Made by a program: the position numbers and the translations under genes. A DNA stretch of 64,000 nt, taken from positions 118,894-182,893 of the forward strand of contig CAZJVU010000002.1 in NCBI GenBank assembly GCA_964550035.1, given 5' to 3'. This document shows, piece by piece, positions 58,608-64,000 of this stretch. Source of the stretch: an uncultured Candidatus Saccharibacteria bacterium. Lineage in GTDB: Bacteria; Patescibacteriota; Saccharimonadia; Saccharimonadales; EFPC-124. Each line of letters begins with the position of its first letter. The stretch's first letter is position 1. Under the pieces are notes generated by a model. That model searched no databases. It had not been told where the DNA came from and saw nothing but the letters and a program-made list of their open reading frames with translations.

Positions 58608-60017
58608 ATGACTACGAGAACCCGTTTTGCACCCAGCCCGACCGGGGCACTTCACAGTGGCGTTGTGCGCAGCGCTTTATTTTCATGGCTTTTAGCGCGC
58701 CAGAACAAAGGCCAATTCCTACTTCGCATCGAAGATACCGACCAGAAACGCGAAGTCGAAGGCGGCACCGCCAACATTATCGAGAGCCTCAAGTGGCTCG
58801 GTCTTACATGGGATGAAGGCCCAGAGGTCGGCGGACCATACGCGCCATACATTCAGTCACAACGGCTGGACATCTACAAGAAGTACGCGCAGAAGCTCGT
58901 CGACAAAGGCCTAGCCTACGCCGACCCATACACCCCCGAAGAACTCCAAGCGCTGCGCGAAAAAGCCCAGGCCGAGAAACGTCCGTTCCTGTACCGCGAT
59001 CACCGACCAGAAAATCCACCAACGTGGGACGGCACGCAAGCGCTCCGCATCAAACTCGAGCCAAAATCCTGGAGCTGGAACGATGCCGTTATGGGTGAGG
59101 TAAAGCTCGGCCCCGAAATGATCGACGACTACATTATCGTCAAAGCTGACGGCTTCCCAACGTACAATTTCGCGCACATCGTTGACGACCATATCATGCA
59201 TATTTCACATACCCTGCGAAGCCAGGAATTTATTAGTAGCGTGCCCAAATACCTGGCGACATACGAAGCACTGGGCTGGGAGCCACCGATCAACGCCATC
59301 TTGCCCCAGGTCATGGACGAAACAGGCAAACGCAAACTCAGCAAACGCCACGGCGCAAAACCACTCCTCGAGTACCGCGACATGGGCATTCTGCCGAGCG
59401 CGATGCTCAATTTCCTGGCAACAATCGGTTGGAACGACGGCACCGAGCAAGAAGTCTACAGCGTGGATGAGCTAATCGAGAAGTTCGATCTCGCACGCGT
59501 GCAACGCAGCGGCGGCGTCTTCGACGAGCAACGGCTCATCTACCTCAACGGCGTGCATATTCGCAAGCTAAGCCTGGACGAACTGTTCGGAAAAGTCACG
59601 GAATTCTGGCCAGAAGAGGCAAGTAGCGCCAGCGACGACTACAAGAAACAAGTCCTCGCACTCGTCCATGAACGCCTGAAATTCTTCTCAGAGCTTCCTG
59701 GGCTCACGCAGTTCTTCTTTGCCGAGCCGACAGTCAACGACGAAATTTTCAGCGGCGACAAACAGCTCAAGAAGCTCTCGGCAGACGAGCGGGCAGCGAT
59801 GATCACAGCGGTCTCGGCCGCACTACAAGAAAGCGACTTCTCCGAAGCCGACCTCGAGGAGCGACTCCGCGCCTTGGTCGAACAGCTCGGAACCAAGCCC
59901 GGTATTCTCTTCGGTCTGATCCGCGCGACTATTACCGGCAGTAACATCGCGCCAGGACTGTTCGAGACAATGCGCGTTCTTGGCAAAGAAATCGTCCTCA
60001 ATCGTCTCACAAAATAA
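58608..60017 (+). CDS. gltX: Glutamate--tRNA ligase
   Basis: RTRFAPSPTGALHSG (HIGH-type), FLLRIEDTD, KLSKRHG (KMSKS-type). Confidence 0.96.
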   Translation: MTTRTRFAPSPTGALHSGVVRSALFSWLLARQNKGQFLLRIEDTDQKREVEGGTANIIESLKWLGLTWDEGPEVGGPYAPYIQSQRLDIYKKYAQKLVDKGLAYADPYTPEELQALREKAQAEKRPFLYRDHRPENPPTWDGTQALRIKLEPKSWSWNDAVMGEVKLGPEMIDDYIIVKADGFPTYNFAHIVDDHIMHISHTLRSQEFISSVPKYLATYEALGWEPPINAILPQVMDETGKRKLSKRHGAKPLLEYRDMGILPSAMLNFLATIGWNDGTEQEVYSVDELIEKFDLARVQRSGGVFDEQRLIYLNGVHIRKLSLDELFGKVTEFWPEEASSASDDYKKQVLALVHERLKFFSELPGLTQFFFAEPTVNDEIFSGDKQLKKLSADERAAMITAVSAALQESDFSEADLEERLRALVEQLGTKPGILFGLIRATITGSNIAPGLFETMRVLGKEIVLNRLTK

Positions 60018-60036
60018 GTTCAGTATGTAAAGACTC

Positions 60037-60069
60037 GGGCCCGCCGATGCAGTGCGCATCGGCGGGCCC
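60037..60069. repeat. Array hairpin H1 (CTCGGGCCCGC...GCGGGCCC family), between gltX and P1
   Basis: GGGCCCGCCGATGC-agtgc-GCATCGGCGGGCCC, a 14-bp perfect stem. Flanks ctc...ttacgc. Confidence 0.85.
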
Positions 60070-60090
60070 TTACGCCGGAGGGACCGTTAA

Positions 60091-60447
60091 CTACCGCGCC
60101 CAAGGCCGCGAGTTCTGCTGGCGCCGGTACTCCCGGTAGCGGTCGAGGTCGTCCTCCGTGATGGTGCGGGCCTTGCGGGGGTAGAAGCGACGCTTGTAGC
60201 CCAGGAGCTTCGAACCCCTCCTGCCGGGCTCCAGCGCACCCAGGAACACCAGAATCTGGAGCCCGTTGCCGGCTTGAGCGATGTCAACGTCCAGGCCTTG
60301 GGCCTTGCCGTGTTTCATGACATATTCAGAGAGCCCGATGGGACCGAAGTAAAATCCCTTGCTGTCACGCTTGGCGGCTCCCCTCAGGACGTCTCGCAGC
60401 TGCATCAGCCGTTCCGGATTCCAGAACCCACCCTTGCTCCTGCTCAT
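60091..60447 (-). CDS. Array paralog P1 (118 aa), unrecognised family
   Basis: MSRSKGGFWNPERLMQLRDVLRGAAKRDSKGFYFGPIGL...LQILVFLGALEPGRRG...YKRRFYP...ITEDDLDRYR. Shares the family motifs with P2-P6. Confidence 0.7.
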   Translation of the reverse strand: MSRSKGGFWNPERLMQLRDVLRGAAKRDSKGFYFGPIGLSEYVMKHGKAQGLDVDIAQAGNGLQILVFLGALEPGRRGSKLLGYKRRFYPRKARTITEDDLDRYREYRRQQNSRPWAR

Positions 60448-60488
60448 ATCAACTCACAATTCACTAGAGGGATAAAGCGTACCGAAAC

Positions 60489-60497
60489 ACCCTACCA
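60489..60497 (-). promoter_or_regulatory. Extended -10-like TGGTAGGGT upstream of P1
   Basis: The plus strand reads accctacca. Same TGnTAGnnT pattern and similar position as upstream of P3-P6. Confidence 0.4.
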
Positions 60498-60551
60498 CAT
60501 ACCATCGCTACACACAATAGTAGAAAAATAAACTCAGTGTGATTGAGCTCG

Positions 60552-60583
60552 GGCCCGCTGGTGCAAGAGAGCACCAGCGGGCC
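60552..60583. repeat. Array hairpin H2
   Basis: GGCCCGCTGGTGC-aagaga-GCACCAGCGGGCC, a 13-bp perfect stem. Flanks gctcg...ttcgc. Confidence 0.85.
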
Positions 60584-60601
60584 TTCGCTGTGAAGAGCCG
60601 A

Positions 60602-60961
60602 TCATCTCGGCGGCGGCAGAGGGCCCTTGCGGCCCCTCGACTCCCGGAAGTTCTGGATGTCGGTGTTGGTGATGGAGGCGACCCGCTCGTAGTAAAAACG
60701 GCGCTTGTAGCCCGGCGGGCGATAACGCCCAGGAATGCCAGGCTCCAACGCCTCCAAGAACACCAGGATGGCCAACCCCATATCGGCCTGGCCGATAGAC
60801 AAGTCTAGGCCCACTCTGCGTCCGTTGTCCGCTACATACCGCCTGATGCCGAGCGTGGCGAAGTAGCAGCCTACGTCGTCCCGACCCGCCACTCCCCTCA
60901 GGAGCTCACCTAAAAGCCGCAGGCGGCCGGGCGTCCAGTACCAGGTTGTGCTGTCTCTCAT
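60602..60961 (-). CDS. Array paralog P2 (119 aa)
   Basis: MRDSTTWYWTPGRLRLLGELLRG...GCYFATLG...LAILVFLEALEPGIPG...YKRRFYY...ITNTDIQNFR...KGPLPPPR. Confidence 0.7.
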   Translation of the reverse strand: MRDSTTWYWTPGRLRLLGELLRGVAGRDDVGCYFATLGIRRYVADNGRRVGLDLSIGQADMGLAILVFLEALEPGIPGRYRPPGYKRRFYYERVASITNTDIQNFRESRGRKGPLPPPR

Positions 60962-61001
60962 ATAGCACCTCGATTCGTTGAGAAAGACGTTGGCCGAACT
61001 G

Positions 61002-61367
61002 TCACCGCGCCGGCGGCAAGGGCCCCTTGACGCCCAGCGTGCGCCGGTAACGGCGGATGTCGTTGAGCGTTATGGACCGGAGTTTGTCGGGGTAATACCC
61101 ACGCTTGTCTGTCGCCAGTCTCACCCCGGGCTTACCCTCATCGATCCCGCCCAGGAACCGAAAGATCTCGATGCCCGTCCTCACCCGACCGCGGGTGATG
61201 TCTCCCAGCCCAGCCTTCCGCGCATTGTCGAGCACGTAGTTGCTGAGAGCAAGAGACCCCGGTAAGTAGTAACCCTTGTCGTCCTGCAGCGCGGCCTTGT
61301 CCAGAAGCCGCTTCAGATTCTTCAGGCGCTTTGGCGTCCAGTACCAGCCGCGATTGTTTCCACCCAT
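61002..61367 (-). CDS. Array paralog P3 (121 aa)
   Basis: MGGNNRGWYWTPKRLKNLKRLLDKAA...GYYLPG...IEIFRFLGGIDEGKPG...DKRGYYP...ITLNDIRRYR...KGPLPPAR. GAGGAG RBS. Confidence 0.7.
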   Translation of the reverse strand: MGGNNRGWYWTPKRLKNLKRLLDKAALQDDKGYYLPGSLALSNYVLDNARKAGLGDITRGRVRTGIEIFRFLGGIDEGKPGVRLATDKRGYYPDKLRSITLNDIRRYRRTLGVKGPLPPAR

Positions 61368-61401
61368 ATCTCCTCGATTCTTCGAGAGTAGGACGTACGA
61401 C

Positions 61402-61410
61402 GCACTACCA
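61402..61410 (-). promoter_or_regulatory. Extended -10-like TGGTAGTGC upstream of P3
   Basis: The plus strand reads gcactacca. Followed in the sense direction by the conserved leader gtcGTACGtcc...ctcgaagaatcgaggagatATG. Confidence 0.4.
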
Positions 61411-61468
61411 CATTCCCCTCATTTGAGCATGATAGGAAGTGCGTCGGCAGACTTGCGCGTAACTCGCC

Positions 61469-61828
61469 TCACCGGGCCCGAGGCAACGGCGCCTTCACTC
61501 CGCGGCTGGCGCGGTAGCGGATGATGTCGTCGTCGGTGATTTGCTGAATGTTGCCCGGAAAGAACCGTCGCTTGGAGCCCGCGGCCTTAGCTCCCGGCAT
61601 ACCAGCCTCCACACCGCCCAAAAACACCAAGATCTGCACCCCATTGTTGGCCTGACCGAGGGAAATGTTCAGACCTTCCTTCTTCCCGTGCTTGGCAGCG
61701 TAGGAAGCAAGTCCGATGGGGCCGAAGTACCAGCCACGCCGATCGCGCACAGCCGCCCCCTTCAGAACTTTCTTCAATTGCTGCAATCGGGCCGGCGTCC
61801 AGTACCAGCCCTTGTTGTTTCCGCTCAT
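61469..61828 (-). CDS. Array paralog P4 (119 aa; start taken at the internal MSGNNKGWYW)
   Basis: The start at 61828 has the same GAGGAGAT-ATG context as P3. The 145-aa ORF-track version runs through the promoter/leader region. Ends ...KAPLPRAR. Confidence 0.7.
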   Translation of the reverse strand: MSGNNKGWYWTPARLQQLKKVLKGAAVRDRRGWYFGPIGLASYAAKHGKKEGLNISLGQANNGVQILVFLGGVEAGMPGAKAAGSKRRFFPGNIQQITDDDIIRYRASRGVKAPLPRAR

Positions 61829-61863
61829 ATCTCCTCGATTCTTCGAGAAACAGGACGTACAAC

Positions 61864-61872
61864 ACACTATCA
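61864..61872 (-). promoter_or_regulatory. Extended -10-like TGATAGTGT upstream of P4
   Basis: The plus strand reads acactatca. The leader is nearly identical to the P3 leader. Confidence 0.4.
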
Positions 61873-61927
61873 TATCCCGCTCCCATGAGCAACTACGGGA
61901 AATCAAACAATGAGTTCAGAGTTAGGC

Positions 61928-61965
61928 GACGGCCCGCCGACGCGCATGGGCATCAGCGGGCCGTC
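61928..61965. repeat. Array hairpin H5 (variant)
   Basis: GACGGCCCGC (61928-61937) / GCGGGCCGTC (61956-61965), a 10-bp stem with an 18-nt loop. Left flank agttcagagttagg resembles agttcagtatgtaaag left of H1. Confidence 0.75.
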
Positions 61966-61972
61966 GTCAGTG

Positions 61973-62338
61973 TCATCGTTGCCGTGACGACCTGGGCGAC
62001 TTGCCGACTACTTCTTGCCGGAATCGGTTGACGTCGCTGTTACTGACGGAACGCGCCTTCTCGGGATAGTACCGACGCTTGTGGTCCAGGGCTTTCACGC
62101 CTGGCTTGCCCGGCTCCAGGACGCCCAGGTAGCACAAGAGCGCCAGCCCCATCTTTACCCGGCCTTCGGTGAGGTTTGCCAGACCGGCTCGCTCACCGTT
62201 TTTGATGACGTAAGCGTTGAGAGCTAGAGGGCCACCGAAATAATGTCCTTCCTCATCCTGTTTCGCGGCTCTATTCAGAAGCCAGCACAGCTTTTCCAGC
62301 TGCTTCGGTGTCCAGTACCAGGGTTGGCTAGCCGGCAT
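61973..62338 (-). CDS. Array paralog P5 (121 aa)
   Basis: MPASQPWYWTPKQLEKLCWLLNRAA...GHYFGG...GRVKMGLALLCYLGVLEPGKPG...HKRRYYP...VSNSDVNRFR. Confidence 0.7.
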   Translation of the reverse strand: MPASQPWYWTPKQLEKLCWLLNRAAKQDEEGHYFGGPLALNAYVIKNGERAGLANLTEGRVKMGLALLCYLGVLEPGKPGVKALDHKRRYYPEKARSVSNSDVNRFRQEVVGKSPRSSRQR

Positions 62339-62375
62339 AGTTGCTCACTTCGACAGAGGGACGATGTACGAAGAC

Positions 62376-62384
62376 AGCCTAGCA
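62376..62384 (-). promoter_or_regulatory. Extended -10-like TGCTAGGCT upstream of P5
   Basis: The plus strand reads agcctagca, 37 nt from the hexamer to the ATG. Identical element upstream of P6. Confidence 0.45.
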
Positions 62385-62416
62385 CACACTGCTAGGAGCG
62401 GGCAACCAGGAGGCCG

Positions 62417-62451
62417 CTCGGGCCCGCCAACGCAACGTCAGCGGGCCTTCG
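62417..62451. repeat. Array hairpin H6
   Basis: ctcgGGCCCGC-caacgcaacgtca-GCGGGCCttcgc. A 7-bp core stem with the conserved flanks shared with H1/H2. Confidence 0.75.
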
Positions 62452-62463
62452 CGGATGTCGTCG

Positions 62464-62823
62464 TTACCGAGATGGCAGCCCAGGCGACTTGGCGGCCATC
62501 TCTTGCCGAAAACGACGAACAACATCGTCTGTGATGGAAGATGCTTTCTCGAGGTAGAGCCGGCGTTTTTGGTTCGGGGTTTTTGGTCCCGTTTTGCCAG
62601 TCTCCAGCACGCCCAGATACCGCAGCATCGCCAGCCCCACCTTCACCCGACCAACGGTGAGGTCTGCTAGCTCGACTTGCTCACCGTTGCTGAGTACGTA
62701 CGCGTTGAGGGCGAAAGGACCGATGTAGTGCCCATCCTTATCCTCCTGCGCAGCGTTTTCCAGAAGGCGGCACAGCCTTTTCAGACGGTCCGGGTTCCAG
62801 TACCAGGGTTGGACGTTTGGCAC
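62464..62823 (-). CDS. Array paralog P6 (119 aa, GTG start)
   Basis: MPNVQPWYWNPDRLKRLCRLLENAA...GHYIGP...GRVKVGLAMLRYLGVLETGKTG...QKRRLYL...ITDDVVRRFR. Confidence 0.7.
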   Translation of the reverse strand: MPNVQPWYWNPDRLKRLCRLLENAAQEDKDGHYIGPFALNAYVLSNGEQVELADLTVGRVKVGLAMLRYLGVLETGKTGPKTPNQKRRLYLEKASSITDDVVRRFRQEMAAKSPGLPSR

Positions 62824-62862
62824 GATTGCTCCATCTCAGTCGAGGAAACGATGTACGAAAAC

Positions 62863-62871
62863 AGCCTAGCA
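62863..62871 (-). promoter_or_regulatory. Extended -10-like TGCTAGGCT upstream of P6
   Basis: The plus strand reads agcctagca. The sense leader ...gttttcGTACatcg... is shared with P5. Confidence 0.45.
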
Positions 62872-62929
62872 CACACCGCGTGGGCGGGCAACGCGCAGAA
62901 ACGCTTATGTCTTTGCTATACTGTCAGTA

Positions 62930-64000
62930 ATGGATCAGCAAAAACCAAAAGCTGCGCACGCTCAGCATGCCCCAAAAGAGCAAGACGATTTCGCGCTGCC
63001 GGTAATTCCAGACGGCGATGTCGTGCCGCCGGCGTTTCATCATACTGGCGGCGACAAGCAAAGTCACTGGCAGCGTTTCAAGCAGTGGGTGAGTGACCAC
63101 AAGAAACTCAGCATCGTGCTAGCAATACTACTCGTCCTTATCCTGGCCGCCGGGGGAGTGGCGCTGTATTACGCGCTCAATCCGAAAGCGCCCAAGCCAG
63201 TCGTGAAGCTCCCCATTATCTCAACCACGCCGACACCCGAGCCTGCGAAACTAAAATACCATTCGCCGCTCACCGGTCGCGAAGTCGCCGACGAAGGCGC
63301 CACGCACCGTTCGGTTACAGGCATCATGATAGAGAACAGTGAATGGGCGCGCCCGCAGTCCGGCCTGAATGAAGCCGGCGTCGTGTTCGAAGCCATTGCC
63401 GAAGGAGGCATTACTCGCTTCGCCGCGCTCTATCAAGATACTGCGCCGAAACTCATCGGCCCCGTCCGCAGTGTTCGCCCATACTATATTGACTGGATGG
63501 CGGCTTTTGACCCGACAATTGTCCACGTCGGCGGCAGCGCCAATGCACTCAACGAGGTCCGGAACGGTAGCTACAAGGATGCTGACCAATTCTTTAACCC
63601 ACAATACTTCTGGCGCGCGACCGACCGGTTCGCCCCGCACAACGTTTACACCGACTATTCCAAGATGGACAAACTCAACGCCGACAAAGGCTACGTCAGC
63701 AGCAATTTCACGGGCTGGTCACGCAAAGAGGATGTACCGCCAACCAACCCCAACGCCAGCAAAATTGACATCAGCATCAGCTCGGCCTACTTCAACGTCC
63801 ATTATGACTTCGATAAGGGCTGCGACTGCTATGACCGCTACGTTGGGGGCGCCAAGCAACTCGACCGCGAGACCGGGCAAAACGCCAAGCCAAAAGTCGT
63901 CATCGCCATGAAAGTTCCGACAGAAATCGGTTTCGAGGACGGTTACCGCGAGCAAATGACAACCATCGGCAGCGGCACTGCGTACGTCTTTCAGGATGGC
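62930..64000 (+). CDS. DUF3048-like membrane-anchored protein (5' part; runs off the right edge)
   Basis: Not in the ORF track because no stop falls within the window. My translation: MDQQKPKAAH...TM(LSIVLAILLVLILAAGGVALYY)...GIMIENSEWARPQSGLNEAGVVFEAIAEGGITRFAALYQD..., the hallmark DUF3048 block (from memory). TGCTATACT sits 7 nt before the ATG. Confidence 0.7.
   Translation, partial: MDQQKPKAAHAQHAPKEQDDFALPVIPDGDVVPPAFHHTGGDKQSHWQRFKQWVSDHKKLSIVLAILLVLILAAGGVALYYALNPKAPKPVVKLPIISTTPTPEPAKLKYHSPLTGREVADEGATHRSVTGIMIENSEWARPQSGLNEAGVVFEAIAEGGITRFAALYQDTAPKLIGPVRSVRPYYIDWMAAFDPTIVHVGGSANALNEVRNGSYKDADQFFNPQYFWRATDRFAPHNVYTDYSKMDKLNADKGYVSSNFTGWSRKEDVPPTNPNASKIDISISSAYFNVHYDFDKGCDCYDRYVGGAKQLDRETGQNAKPKVVIAMKVPTEIGFEDGYREQMTTIGSGTAYVFQDG

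Noticed and set aside
60030-62900. CRISPR array or integron cassette array as an explanation for the repeated hairpins
   Set aside because: The repeat spacing is about 450-500 bp and each unit is filled by a paralogous ORF, so it is not a CRISPR array. Against an integron: the ORFs are paralogs with their own promoters, and no intI-like integrase or attI is nearby. Only one hairpin has a GTTAGGC/GCCTAAC-like core (61921-61927), and it is on the wrong side for a canonical attC.

Overview
Gene-dense bacterial chromosome segment. The gene content (many orphan membrane and surface proteins, a giant glycosyltransferase-domain protein, sortase/PEGA/DUF4367-like genes) suggests a Patescibacteria/Saccharibacteria-like genome, but that is inference only. 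Well-supported core genes: a complete F1Fo ATP synthase operon (atpBEFHAGDC, minus strand), gltX, pyrH, xth, smpB, dus, a UvrD/AddA-like helicase-nuclease, cobO-like, hsp20, thermonuclease, two GT4 glycosyltransferases, a sortase, tRNA-Gln(UUG) and tRNA-Leu(CAA). By hand counts of a few 60-nt samples, composition falls into three classes. (a) A roughly 40-45% GC accessory island at 0.3-8.3 kb is anchored on tRNA-Gln. It carries repeated tRNA-3'-end motifs, a decayed serine-recombinase remnant and a defence-like ATPase module. (b) The core is about 52-57% GC. (c) About ten GC-richer islets (62-75%) each hold one or two orphan genes with their own extended -10 promoter and a GC-rich hairpin. The most striking locus is 60.0-62.9 kb: six tandem, divergent paralogs (~119 aa) of an unrecognised family. 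Each is its own promoter-leader-ORF unit, and four of them are followed by a conserved, covarying hairpin. A second orphan paralog pair sits on the other side of gltX. Also notable are a cutinase-like/beta-propeller fusion interrupted by one in-frame TAG at a conserved Trp position, a 28-bp perfect inverted repeat, and leaderless-type promoter geometry. No CRISPR array, rRNA or tmRNA was found.
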